NCBI GenBank assembly: GCA_021647145.1
Contig: JAKIVF010000001.1
Span: 2,743-66,742 of the forward strand
Reading direction: 5' to 3'
Origin: Methylococcaceae bacterium
GTDB taxonomy: Bacteria > Pseudomonadota > Gammaproteobacteria > Methylococcales > Methylomonadaceae
DNA: 64,000 nt
Notes under the pieces: generated by a model
Told to the model about the DNA's origin: nothing
The model's database searches: none
The model's input: the letters and a program-made list of their open reading frames with translations, nothing else
Shown here: positions 9,596-18,709 of the stretch, in pieces
How positions within the stretch are numbered: the first letter of the stretch is position 1
Layout: the number at the start of each line of letters is the position of its first letter
Position numbers and translations under genes: made by a program

Positions 9596-9832
9596 TTAAA
9601 CTTTTTGGCCAGATTTACGTATATCTGCAAGAACTACATCAATTCCTTTTTTATCAATAATCCGCATTCCTTTTGTGGATAGTCTTAATCGTATCCACCG
9701 ATTTTCACTTTCAACCCAAAATTTATGGTGATGAAGATTAGGATTGAATCGTCTTTTCGTTCTATTATTTGCGTGTGATACGTTATTTCCAGAAACAGGT
9801 CGCTTTCCTGTAACTTGACATACTTTGGACAT
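9596..9832 (-). CDS. rpmB: 50S ribosomal protein L28
   Basis: [33 protein letters not shown] is the canonical L28 N-terminus. It forms the usual rpmB-rpmG pair. Confidence 0.95.
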   Translation of the reverse strand: MSKVCQVTGKRPVSGNNVSHANNRTKRRFNPNLHHHKFWVESENRWIRLRLSTKGMRIIDKKGIDVVLADIRKSGQKV

Positions 9833-9963
9833 GATTACCTCTGTCGTGCCTTGAATTCAAAAAGTTAGCCGACCTTTATACCAAAAAAACAGAGAAAGGT
9901 AAATAACAATGATGAAATAAATTTGGTAGAATCATTTATATTTATAAAATTTTGAGGCTATAA

Positions 9964-10923
9964 ATGGCTATAAAACTCGGCATGGTCATGGATTCCATTG
10001 ATCTTATCAATATTAATAAAGACACCAGTTTTGCTATGCTTTTGGAAGCACAATCAAGAAGCTGGGAACTCCATTATATGGAGCTTAATGATCTGTATCT
10101 GGATAATGGGCTTCCTTTTGCAAGAACCAGAACATTAAAAGTCCAAAGAGATAAAAAAAAATGGTATCAATTTATTGAGGAGAGGGATATTTCTTTGGAT
10201 CAATTAGATACAATTATTATGCGCAAAGATCCCCCGTTTAATCAGGAATATATATATGCAACTTATTTATTAGAACAGGCAGAGCGAATGGGTGTGTATG
10301 TAGTTAATAAGCCACAGTCCCTAAGAGATGCCAATGAAAAACTTTTTACTGCCTGGTTTCCGCAATGTTGTGCAGAAACCTTAGTTGCCAGAGAACCTCA
10401 GCGATTTAAAAGTTTTTTGAAACAATATAAAGAAATTATTTTAAAACCTTTAGATGGAATGGGAGGGACTTCGATTTTTCATATTCGTGAAAATGATCCA
10501 AATCTTAATGTAATTCTTGAAATAATGACTGAATATTCCACACGTTTTATCATGGCTCAACGCTATCTCCCTGAAATAAAACACGGAGATAAGCGTATTT
10601 TACTAGTCAATGGAGAACCTATAGCCTATGCTTTAGCTCGTATACCTACAAAAGGTGAAACACGGGGTAATCTTGCTGCTGGAGGTAGGGCAGAAGGACG
10701 CGAACTGACAGAAAGAGATCTTTGGATAGCTAAGCAAGTGGGGCCGACACTAAAAAAGAAAGGATTAGTTTTTGTTGGTATTGATGTTATTGGTGACTAT
10801 TTAACTGAAATAAACGTGACTAGTCCAACTTGTGTTCAAGAATTAGATAAAGAATATGGACTTAATATAAGTGGGCAACTTATGAATCATATTGAAAGTG
10901 AGTTAAAAAGCAGAAATAAATAA
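9964..10923 (+). CDS. gshB: glutathione synthetase (ATP-grasp)
   Basis: The N-terminus MAIKLGMVMDSIDLININKDTSFAMLLEAQSR resembles E. coli GshB. Motifs LKPLDGMGGTSIF, RILLVNGEP, NLAAGGR and EINVTSPT are present. Confidence 0.9.
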   Translation: MAIKLGMVMDSIDLININKDTSFAMLLEAQSRSWELHYMELNDLYLDNGLPFARTRTLKVQRDKKKWYQFIEERDISLDQLDTIIMRKDPPFNQEYIYATYLLEQAERMGVYVVNKPQSLRDANEKLFTAWFPQCCAETLVAREPQRFKSFLKQYKEIILKPLDGMGGTSIFHIRENDPNLNVILEIMTEYSTRFIMAQRYLPEIKHGDKRILLVNGEPIAYALARIPTKGETRGNLAAGGRAEGRELTERDLWIAKQVGPTLKKKGLVFVGIDVIGDYLTEINVTSPTCVQELDKEYGLNISGQLMNHIESELKSRNK

Positions 10924-11211
10924 ATTTTTAGTTTTAAGAAATATAATATATTTGAGCAAGGGAGCCTTGGCGCATTAAATTGTATATGATGCAAAGAAGA
11001 AGTAAAAAAACCTTCGGTCGAGCCAAGTACAGCGGATCATCATAAGCATCTATTTGGAGCAAAATAAGTGATAGAAGACACCGTAAAAACTTGAATGAAG
11101 TATATAATATAAATTGTATTTGAAGTATCAGTACTTGTCTTTTCGTATTTTAGACCCATAGTGGATGAAACGATAAATTATGATACTTTCGCTAACTATA
11201 GAGCTTTAATA

Positions 11212-12084
11212 ATGGCAACGACAACACCTAAACATTCATTTTTACAACCTGCAGTTTCTGTGCAAGATTCTTTGCTTATGACACTGTTTATTGCCGTAAT
11301 TATTCATGTGGTAATTTTATTGAGTGTTAGATTTGCTGTTCCTCAACCCGATAAGTTCAGCAAACAAATTGAAATAACTTTAGCAACGCTACCCTCAAAA
11401 AAAGCACCAAAAAAGGCCGATTTTCTTGCTCAGGATAACCAGATAGGTGGAGGTGTTGAAAAGAATAAGCCAGAGCCAACAAAACAAAAAATAGCAAGTC
11501 GGGGCGATAGTGAGATGAAACCACCAGATCAACGCCAATCTCAAGTAGAAAATAAGCCTCAAGCAGAAAAAAAATTGATAACACAAATACAAGCTGAGCA
11601 TAAAATTACAATTACGAATAAGGATTTGCCTCCTTCAGAGTTAGAGAAACCTAAGGTGACGGAAGAATCCTTGAGGCGACAAATAGCTGAATTAGGTGAG
11701 CAATTGAGGAATAGTAAAAAAAGTTCAGAGAAAACTAGAATCAAGTTTGTGAACTCTGTAAGTACTCATAAGTCTATTACAGCTCAATATATAAAAGATT
11801 GGAAGGCTAAGGTTGAACGAGTTGCAAGTCTTAATTATCCCGAAGTTGCAAGAGAGTTTGAGGGGAGCTTGATGATGGACGTTGGTATAAACCGTGATGG
11901 AACTATTTATAGTATACGAATTACTAAATCATCAGGGAGAAAAGCACTTGATGATGCAGCAAAACGTATTGTAAGACTTAGTGCTCCTTTTCCCGTTTTA
12001 CCTGCACAATTATTAGAGGAATTAGATGTTCTAGCGATACATAGGGTATGGAATTTTAAAGACCAAAGTGCTGTGGTTAGATAA
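11212..12084 (+). CDS. TonB-family energy transducer (start uncertain: GTG 11161 or ATG 11212)
   Basis: It has an N-terminal TM segment, a Lys/Pro/Glu-rich linker and a TonB C-terminal domain (YPEVAREFEGSLMMDVGINRDGTIYSIRITKSSGRKALDDAAKRIV). The position between gshB and yqgE matches Pseudomonas-type synteny. Confidence 0.7.
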   Translation: MATTTPKHSFLQPAVSVQDSLLMTLFIAVIIHVVILLSVRFAVPQPDKFSKQIEITLATLPSKKAPKKADFLAQDNQIGGGVEKNKPEPTKQKIASRGDSEMKPPDQRQSQVENKPQAEKKLITQIQAEHKITITNKDLPPSELEKPKVTEESLRRQIAELGEQLRNSKKSSEKTRIKFVNSVSTHKSITAQYIKDWKAKVERVASLNYPEVAREFEGSLMMDVGINRDGTIYSIRITKSSGRKALDDAAKRIVRLSAPFPVLPAQLLEELDVLAIHRVWNFKDQSAVVR

Positions 12085-12099
12085 TAGATAAGGGTATTT

Positions 12100-12666
12100 A
12101 TGGCTAGTATAAATTATTTAAGTGATCAATTTTTAGTGGCTATGCCTAATCTTACTGATTCTCAGTTTTCTCATACAGTCAGTTATTTATGTCAACATAA
12201 TGAGGAAGGAGCTTTAGCTATTGTTATTAATCGACCAGCAGAGATGAGGTTAGGTGATATTTTTGACCAAATGAATATAACGACAACCTCTGAGAATATA
12301 AGGAATTCGCCTGTTTTTTCCGGAGGTCCAGTTCAGCTTGAAAGAGGATTTATTATTCATAGTAAAATTGATGGAACTTGGGATTCATCTATTTCAATTT
12401 CAGAGTCAACGTGCTTAACAAGTTCTCGTGATATTTTGGAAGCTATTGCTGAAGATAAAGGTCCTGATAAATTTCTGGTAGCTTTAGGCTATTCTGGCTG
12501 GGGTGCAGGTCAATTAGAACAAGAAATTATTAATAATGCTTGGTTGAATGCGCCTTATGAAGAAAATGTTTTGTACGAAACTCCTGTGAGTCAGCGTTGG
12601 TTAACGGCAGCGAATCAAATAGGTGTTAATATTACACAATTAACCGCTCCTGCTGGGCATGGGTAA
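12100..12666 (+). CDS. yqgE: YqgE/AlgH family protein (UPF0301)
   Basis: LSDQFLVAMPNLTDSQFSHTVSYLCQHNEEGALAIVINRP is the family signature. The yqgE-ruvX pairing is conserved. Confidence 0.85.
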   Translation: MASINYLSDQFLVAMPNLTDSQFSHTVSYLCQHNEEGALAIVINRPAEMRLGDIFDQMNITTTSENIRNSPVFSGGPVQLERGFIIHSKIDGTWDSSISISESTCLTSSRDILEAIAEDKGPDKFLVALGYSGWGAGQLEQEIINNAWLNAPYEENVLYETPVSQRWLTAANQIGVNITQLTAPAGHG

Positions 12667-13117
12667 TATAGACCCACTAGCTAGTCAAATAAATTCTGAT
12701 ATCTATTTGGGGTTTGATTTTGGAAATAAAAAAATAGGGGTCGCTGTGGGGCAAATTACAACAGCTATTGCAAGCCCTTTAAAAACCATTCGGTCTATTA
12801 AGCAGCAGCCAGATTGGACGCTCATTTCCCAGCTAATCCATGAATGGTGTCCTGTTGGTTTGGTCGTTGGCATTTCTAGGCAAGCGGATGGGTCAGATAA
12901 TCCGATTACACCTAGAATGTTAAAATTCTGTAGACAACTGGAAGGTCGTTTTAACCTCCCTGTGTATCAAATAGACGAAGCATTCTCTACCTTTGAAGCA
13001 AAGCAAATGCTATTTGATGATCTTCATGTTAATGCAAAGAAATTATGGGATGTACAAGATCAATTAGCTGCCCAGCTAATATTGCGGAGTTGGTTAAATA
13101 TAAAAAATAAAGACTAA
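12659..13117 (+). CDS. ruvX: Holliday junction resolvase-like / pre-16S rRNA nuclease RuvX (YqgF)
   Basis: YLGFDFGNKKIGVAVGQ is the RNase H-fold N-terminal motif. It overlaps the yqgE stop. Confidence 0.85.
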   Translation: MGNIDPLASQINSDIYLGFDFGNKKIGVAVGQITTAIASPLKTIRSIKQQPDWTLISQLIHEWCPVGLVVGISRQADGSDNPITPRMLKFCRQLEGRFNLPVYQIDEAFSTFEAKQMLFDDLHVNAKKLWDVQDQLAAQLILRSWLNIKNKD

Positions 13118-13149
13118 TTTTTTAACTTGCTCCAATAAGAAGTTATATA

Positions 13150-13307
13150 AGGAACGTTCATGAAATAACTTGAATCTTCTGGCTTGTCTTTTGCCCCTGC
13201 CCAAACGATCTCAAGAGGCGCATAGCTGCTCCACGCTACGAATGAGATCGTTTGGGCAGAAACAAAAATCCTGTGTCCTAATTGTTCAAGTTATTCCGCA
13301 CGTTCCT
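13150..13307. repeat. 158-bp nested imperfect palindrome (MITE-like or ERIC-like element, or structured RNA)
   Basis: Outer arms: AGGAACGT (13150-13157) / ACGTTCCT (13300-13307). Middle arms: AATAACTTGAA (13164-13174) / TTCAAGTTATT (13285-13295). Inner arms: a perfect 17-bp stem at 13197-13213 / 13243-13259 around a 29-nt GC-rich loop. TAA flanks both ends if the arms are read as GGAACGT / ACGTTCC. Confidence 0.5.
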
Positions 13308-13398
13308 AAGAAAATCCTCGTGAAAAACTCAAGTACAAATGAAGTGATTTGAAATTTCAAATAATGCCATGTGAACTTAGCTTTTTTGTTCAATGGTT

Positions 13399-13692
13399 TT
13401 AGTTGTTTGACTTTAAAGCAAAATCTTGGTCAATTGCACTTTTATATTGCAAGTCATCAATAACAACCACGCCGCGTAATAAGTCTTTGTTAGAAATATT
13501 CCGAATTAAAAGGTCGGCCTTACGGACACATAAATTAATGTGACTAAAGGTTTTTTGCGATAAGGATTCTGTTTCAAAATTTTCTTGTTTAACGGCCAAG
13601 ACGGCATTATCAGTAAAGATAACGGTGTCGCCTGACTGGGTTTCGTTTAAAAAAGTTGATGGAATTGGAAAGTTATCAACAATATGTAACAT
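13399..13692 (-). CDS. TusB/DsrH family sulfur-relay-like protein (orphan)
   Basis: MLHIV...SGDTVIFTDNAVLAV...INLCVRKADLLIRNI...VVVIDDLQY aligns by eye with E. coli TusB (MLHTL..EGDELLLLQDGVTAA..IKVYALNEDLIARGL..IILIDYTDF). The ATG at 13692 has a GAGG SD; the track start at 13704 is 4 codons upstream. Confidence 0.6.
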   Translation of the reverse strand: MLHIVDNFPIPSTFLNETQSGDTVIFTDNAVLAVKQENFETESLSQKTFSHINLCVRKADLLIRNISNKDLLRGVVVIDDLQYKSAIDQDFALKSNN

Positions 13693-14024
13693 TATACGCC
13701 TCATTTATTTAATAATATACATTATATAATTGCCTTAACCGTATGAAATTATATGTTTATTATAATAGTACAAAATTAATAATTCGGCTAATTTTTTATA
13801 AACATTTTTTATACGTGATATTAAAGAGTAGGTTAGTAGGAGGTAAATTACTGCGGGCAAGTTCAAAAGGTTTAAATATTACTTAAGAAAAATGACATGT
13901 CTATTACATTTTTATTTAATATAAAGAAATAATCTATGCATTATACGTCTATAGTTAACTAAAACAGTCTCTGCTATAGTTGTTCTTGTCAATAACGACT
14001 TTAAATTTATAATAGGGTTTTACA

Positions 14025-14183
14025 ATGAGCGATTTATATAAAGATATTTTAACTGGAGCAATGTTTGTATTTGGTTTATTTGGTTTTATTTCAGGTGAGT
14101 TCATCATCTCGTCTACTTTATTTGCTACTGCTGCAATAGCTAGCAATATTAATATAAATAGAAAGATGGCGAAGGATGTGTGA
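14025..14183 (+). CDS. possible 52-aa membrane peptide (hypothetical)
   Basis: My translation is MSDLYKDILTGAMFVFGLFGFISGEFIISSTLFATAAIASNININRKMAKDV. It has two hydrophobic stretches, an AGGG about 8 nt upstream and a hairpin downstream. It is below the ORF-track cutoff. Confidence 0.3.
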   Translation: MSDLYKDILTGAMFVFGLFGFISGEFIISSTLFATAAIASNININRKMAKDV

Positions 14184-14232
14184 TTGTCATGAATATGACT
14201 AGTAGATATTTTTCGAAGGTTACATGATAAAT

Positions 14233-14253
14233 TCTAAGGCATTTTGCCTTAGA
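14233..14253. terminator. short hairpin between the small ORF and the gpsA 3' end
   Basis: TCTAAGGCA (14233-14241) / TGCCTTAGA (14245-14253). No clear U-run. Confidence 0.35.
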
Positions 14254-14333
14254 GCTCTATCATCTTAATAATAAATAATATTATAGGTGATGATTGAGTC
14301 CTGTCTAAGATGTTTTTTTAAAAGCCATGGAAA

Positions 14334-15332
14334 TTAAATTTCTGCTTTTTGATCGCGGTCTAAGAGGTTTTGAACGGCAGTGCGAGGGTTTAGATTTTCA
14401 TATAAAACTTTATAGGTTTGTTCAGTAATAGGCATGTCAATTCTATGTTTTAAAGACAGTAAATAAGTTTCCCGAGCAGCTGATAGCCCTTCAATTTCTT
14501 GCCCTATTGTTTCAATCGTATTTTCCTTGTTTTCCCCTTTTCCTAAAGCTAATCCGAACCTACGGTTTCTCGACTGATTGTCTGTACAGGTTAAAATTAG
14601 ATCGCCTAATCCTGCAAGTCCCATAAATGTATTGGGTTGCCCCCCTAGTTTGATGCCGAGACGAATGATTTCCTGGAGTCCTCGAGTGATAAGAGCGGCT
14701 CTAGTATTTGCACCAAACCCAAGTCCATCAGCAATTCCAGCAGCGATAGCAAGTACATTTTTAATCGCGCCTCCTACTTGAACTCCAATGATGTCCTGGC
14801 TTGTATAAGTTCTAAAACACTGGTTATGTAGTAGATTGGCTAGTTGGCGAGAAAAATCAGGTGTTTTTGAGGCTATTGTAATGGCAGTAGGTAATCCCCT
14901 GGCAACTTCTTCTGCAAAAGTAGGTCCAGATAAAATCGCAGTATGAATTTGTTTAGAAAGCTCTTGCTCTATGACTTGGCTTAAGAGTAAGCCATCATCA
15001 GTGTTAAATCCTTTTGTGGCCCAAGCAATTTTTGTTTTATGGTTTAAGAAAGGCTTTAGCTTTATTAGTGTACTTTTAAATGCATGGCTAGGAATTGAAA
15101 GCAGAATAATGTTGCTAAAATTAACAGCTGTTTCTAAATTGTCGGTTACGGATAGTGTTGTTGGAAAAGAGAGGCCTGGTAAATAATGATTGTTTTTTTT
15201 GTCTTTAGATAAGCAGGCAATATGGGAAGGGCTATGGCCCCATAACATAGTTTGGCAGCCATTTCTGGCTGCTTGAATTGCAAGAGCTGTTCCCCATGAG
15301 CCAGCACCAAGGATGCTGATAGTGGATGGCAT
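14334..15332 (-). CDS. gpsA: NAD(P)H-dependent glycerol-3-phosphate dehydrogenase
   Basis: Motifs ISILGAGSWGTALA and GAIKNVLAIAAG. The secB-gpsA order is conserved. Confidence 0.92.
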   Translation of the reverse strand: MPSTISILGAGSWGTALAIQAARNGCQTMLWGHSPSHIACLSKDKKNNHYLPGLSFPTTLSVTDNLETAVNFSNIILLSIPSHAFKSTLIKLKPFLNHKTKIAWATKGFNTDDGLLLSQVIEQELSKQIHTAILSGPTFAEEVARGLPTAITIASKTPDFSRQLANLLHNQCFRTYTSQDIIGVQVGGAIKNVLAIAAGIADGLGFGANTRAALITRGLQEIIRLGIKLGGQPNTFMGLAGLGDLILTCTDNQSRNRRFGLALGKGENKENTIETIGQEIEGLSAARETYLLSLKHRIDMPITEQTYKVLYENLNPRTAVQNLLDRDQKAEI

Positions 15333-15337
15333 CGAGG

Positions 15338-15796
15338 TTAATTAACAGTGTTAGAGCCTGGCGTTTGTTGTAAATGCTGAGAATATAAAGCATCAAAATT
15401 AACTGGTGCTAGAAGTAATTGTGGAAATCCTCCCTTTGCAACAAGGTCGGATACAACTTCTCTAGCATAAGGAAATAGGATGTTGGGGCAAAAACTACCT
15501 AGCATTGGACCCATTTCTTGTTCTGAAAAATTTGAAAGAGAAAATATTCCTGACTGAGTCACTTCAACTAGATAAGCAGTTGTGTCCGCACACTTTACCG
15601 TAACGGTTACTGATAAGGATACTTCAAATAATTTATTTTCTAAAGTCTCAACGTTAGTACCTAGGTTGAAATCTACAGTAGGTTCCCATTTTTCTGTATA
15701 TATTTTTGGAGAGCTCGGAGATTCAAAAGAGATGTCTTTGGTGTAAATTTTTTGAATAGCGAATTGTTTTTCTTCAGTTGCGTTTTCTTCGGCCAT
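15338..15796 (-). CDS. secB: protein-export chaperone SecB
   Basis: FAIQKIYTKDISFESP and the overall 152-aa acidic protein match SecB. Confidence 0.92.
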   Translation of the reverse strand: MAEENATEEKQFAIQKIYTKDISFESPSSPKIYTEKWEPTVDFNLGTNVETLENKLFEVSLSVTVTVKCADTTAYLVEVTQSGIFSLSNFSEQEMGPMLGSFCPNILFPYAREVVSDLVAKGGFPQLLLAPVNFDALYSQHLQQTPGSNTVN

Positions 15797-15933
15797 AATT
15801 TTCTATGATTGATAAGGTGTTAGGGTTGGAGTTTATAGCAATCTATTAAGAATAAAGATTAAAGTAGGGCTTGGTATATTGGAACCTTAATATGAATTAA
15901 ATTATTGCTGTCTTTGTGAAAAACTTAGTTTAA

Positions 15934-16374
15934 TTAATCTTTGTTTTTACTGGTATTTTTTATCGGTAACTTGCTGTCTTCCCAAGACTGCATGCCTCCA
16001 GTAATATTATAAACATTTTCAAAGTTTTCTTTTGTTAATGTTTTACAGGCGGCAATTGAGCGTGTCCCTGTTTGACAAACAATAATAACAGTTTGTTTTT
16101 TGTACTGCTCTATTTTGTTAACTGTTTCTGAAAATTTGTTGAGCGGTAAATTAAGTGAATTTTCAATATGCCCTTTTATATATTCATGTGGGTCACGTAC
16201 ATCAACAATAATAGAATCAGTATTATTCATTTTTGCCACAGCAAGCATTGGCGATAGACCTTCAAATTTATTGAAGCTACTTTCTATTAATTCTTGAAGT
16301 AATAAATAAAGAACAACAATAAGTGCTAAAGAAAGCAAGTAGTGGTTGGAAATAAATTCTATATATTGATCCAT
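15934..16374 (-). CDS. membrane-anchored single-domain rhodanese (YibN/YgaP-like)
   Basis: It has an N-terminal TM segment (LLSLALIVVLYLLL), a rhodanese fold and the active-site loop IVCQTGTRS. It occupies the yibN position upstream of secB-gpsA. Confidence 0.8.
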   Translation of the reverse strand: MDQYIEFISNHYLLSLALIVVLYLLLQELIESSFNKFEGLSPMLAVAKMNNTDSIIVDVRDPHEYIKGHIENSLNLPLNKFSETVNKIEQYKKQTVIIVCQTGTRSIAACKTLTKENFENVYNITGGMQSWEDSKLPIKNTSKNKD

Positions 16375-16620
16375 TAGTTAAGTTTCTATAGAGAGTTAAA
16401 TTATACTGAGTAAGACGGGTGGCTTCTAAATTGCGTGATTTTATAACATCTGAAAGAAATTTGCACAAAGTATCTTATTTTTGTAAAGTTTATTTGCTTA
16501 TGTTTTTCAGTTATTTTAATATTTTTAAGCAATAAAAAATACTTTAACTCTATGAATTAAAAACGTTTACTTGATTAGAAAAGTTGTATTATTATTTAGA
16601 TAGCGGGGGGGAATATCTAA

Positions 16621-16935
16621 TTAACAATTTGTGCAAAAAACTTCTCTCATCATGCGTATAAGTTGTAGCATGCGATCATCGTCGATAAAATAATAAACTC
16701 GATTAGCTTCTTTTTTATGCCCGAGAATATCTTTTTCTCTTAAAATAGCTAAGTGTTGAGATATATTGCTTTGGCTAGTGCCAACTTGTTCAACGATATC
16801 TTGTACGCTGATGGACTCAGTGCCTAGTACGCATAGTATTTTTAAGCGCAAAGGATGTGACATTGCTTTTAAGCAACGCGCAGCGCGATTGATGTCTGCA
16901 TCATTATAGTGTTCCATCTCACTGCTGTTTGCCAT
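16621..16935 (-). CDS. ArsR/SmtB-family HTH regulator, BigR/YgaV-like Cys arrangement
   Basis: It carries the wHTH motif AMSHPLRLKILCVL...SVQDIVEQVGTSQSNISQHLAILREKDIL and the C-terminal VFCTNC. I prefer the ATG at 16935 (AAAGG upstream) to the track start at 16998. Confidence 0.8.
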   Translation of the reverse strand: MANSSEMEHYNDADINRAARCLKAMSHPLRLKILCVLGTESISVQDIVEQVGTSQSNISQHLAILREKDILGHKKEANRVYYFIDDDRMLQLIRMMREVFCTNC

Positions 16936-17140
16936 TTGTATTAAACCTTTTTGATTGAAGTTTAGTAATGATCGAATAATCCAGTTTAGAGTATTCATTG
17001 ATTCTAATATACCATAAATTATAAAAATAGTAGAGTAATTGTCAAAATTCAGCCCTTTATGTGTGAGACAATTGCTAAATTTTTATCAGAAGACTATTTA
17101 TAAATTATTATTTATTGATAGATAATGGAGAGTATCAGTT

Positions 17141-18676
17141 ATGTTGAGTCGACCAAAACCATTGGTTTTATTAATATTGGATGGGTTCGGGTATAGTGAA
17201 GACAAGAGTAATAATGCAATTTATATGGCAAAAACACCATGCTGGGATCATTTACAAAAAAATAACCCTACAACTTTGCTGGATTGTGCAGGAGATTCTG
17301 TTGGATTGCCTGATGGTCAAATGGGTAACTCAGAAGTTGGTCATTTACATATAGGTAGTGGTCGGTTAATTCGTCAAGAATTATCTAAAGTTAGTGAAGC
17401 AATTAATAAGGGTAGCTTTTTCTCTAATGAAGCGTTATGTAAGGCAGTAGATACTGCTATAGAAAAAAATAAAGCATTGCATATTATGGGGTTGCTTTCA
17501 GCCGGAGGTGTTCATAGTCATGAATTACACATTGCTGCGATGATTGAGCTTGCTGTTAAACGTGGTTTAAAAAGGGTTTATTTGCATGCCTTTTTAGATG
17601 GGCGAGATGTGCCACCTAAAAGCGCAATGGAATCAATTAAATTAATGGAGGCAAAGTTTGCAGAGCTGGGTGCGGGGCAAATTGCTTCTATTACAGGCCG
17701 GTTTTATGCTATGGATAGAGATAGTCGCTGGGAGAGAGTACAGAGTGCTCATCAATTAATTGCTAAAGGCGAAGCTGAGCATCATGTTAATTCTGCTGAA
17801 CAAGGGTTAGAAGAATCTTATGCTAGAGATGAGACAGACGAGTTTGTTTTGCCAACAAGTGTACTAAATGAAAATGGGCAAGTCATTGTTTTAGATCCAG
17901 AAGACTCAGTAGTTTTTATGAATTTTAGGGCTGACAGAGCAAGAGAGATTTCTCGGGCATTAACAGAAGTTGATTTTAATGAATTTGAGCGTGGTTGCGA
18001 ACCTCACCGGGGCTGCTATGTTACGTTGACTCAATACCATCAAGATTTTGATTATCAAGTTGCATTTCCTCCTGTTGATGTAAAAAATGGTTTAGGTGAG
18101 GTGTTAGCAGACTCAGGATTGAAACAACTTCGTTTGGCTGAAACAGAAAAATATGCCCATGTGACCTTCTTTTTTAATGGTGGTAGAGATGAGCCTTTTG
18201 AAAATGAAGATCGAATTCTAGTTCCTTCACCAAAAGTCAAAACCTATGATATGCAGCCTGAAATGAGTGCTGCTGAAGTAACGGATCATATGGTAGAGGC
18301 GATTAAAGGCGGAAAATATGATGTGATTATTTGTAACTATGCTAATTGCGATATGGTTGGTCATACTGGTGTTTTTGAGGCTGCGATAGTTGCTGTAGAA
18401 ACAATTGATCAATCATTGCGGAAGATAGTTGAAGCGCTAGAGAGTGTTAGTGGGCAACTGTTAATCACAGCAGATCATGGTAATATTGAGAAAATGGTTG
18501 GTGAAGGGACTGGTCAGCCACACACTGCACATACAACGAACCTTGTGCCTTTAGTCTATGTTGGTGGCGAAAAGCCATTATCTGAAGGTGGTTGTTTGTC
18601 TGATTTGGCACCCACTATGCTTAATATTTTGGGCGTTACTCAACCAGCAGAAATGACGGGACGATCTCTAATTTAG
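17141..18676 (+). CDS. gpmI: 2,3-bisphosphoglycerate-independent phosphoglycerate mutase
   Basis: Motifs LLILDGFGYS, GNSEVGHLHIG and ADHGN. The gpmI-envC synteny matches E. coli. Confidence 0.93.
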   Translation: MLSRPKPLVLLILDGFGYSEDKSNNAIYMAKTPCWDHLQKNNPTTLLDCAGDSVGLPDGQMGNSEVGHLHIGSGRLIRQELSKVSEAINKGSFFSNEALCKAVDTAIEKNKALHIMGLLSAGGVHSHELHIAAMIELAVKRGLKRVYLHAFLDGRDVPPKSAMESIKLMEAKFAELGAGQIASITGRFYAMDRDSRWERVQSAHQLIAKGEAEHHVNSAEQGLEESYARDETDEFVLPTSVLNENGQVIVLDPEDSVVFMNFRADRAREISRALTEVDFNEFERGCEPHRGCYVTLTQYHQDFDYQVAFPPVDVKNGLGEVLADSGLKQLRLAETEKYAHVTFFFNGGRDEPFENEDRILVPSPKVKTYDMQPEMSAAEVTDHMVEAIKGGKYDVIICNYANCDMVGHTGVFEAAIVAVETIDQSLRKIVEALESVSGQLLITADHGNIEKMVGEGTGQPHTAHTTNLVPLVYVGGEKPLSEGGCLSDLAPTMLNILGVTQPAEMTGRSLI

Positions 18677-18709
18677 TCGTTGATGCATTTCCATTGTGTA
18701 GCTAAAGAT

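Noticed and set aside
10988-11047. 19-codon basic peptide ORF (MMQRRSKKTFGRAKYSGSS) between gshB and the TonB-like gene
   Set aside because: It has no SD, no attenuator-like structure and no biosynthetic context for a leader peptide.
13170-13352. 60-aa ORF from the track
   Set aside because: It lies entirely within the nested palindromic element. It has a TTG start with no SD. The sequence is better explained as a structured repeat.
13740-13886. 48-aa ORF (MKLYVYYNSTKL...) and the track ORF 13955..14146 (-) in the AT-rich gap
   Set aside because: They have no SD and the composition expected from random AT-rich sequence. I kept only the 14025..14183 ORF, at low confidence.
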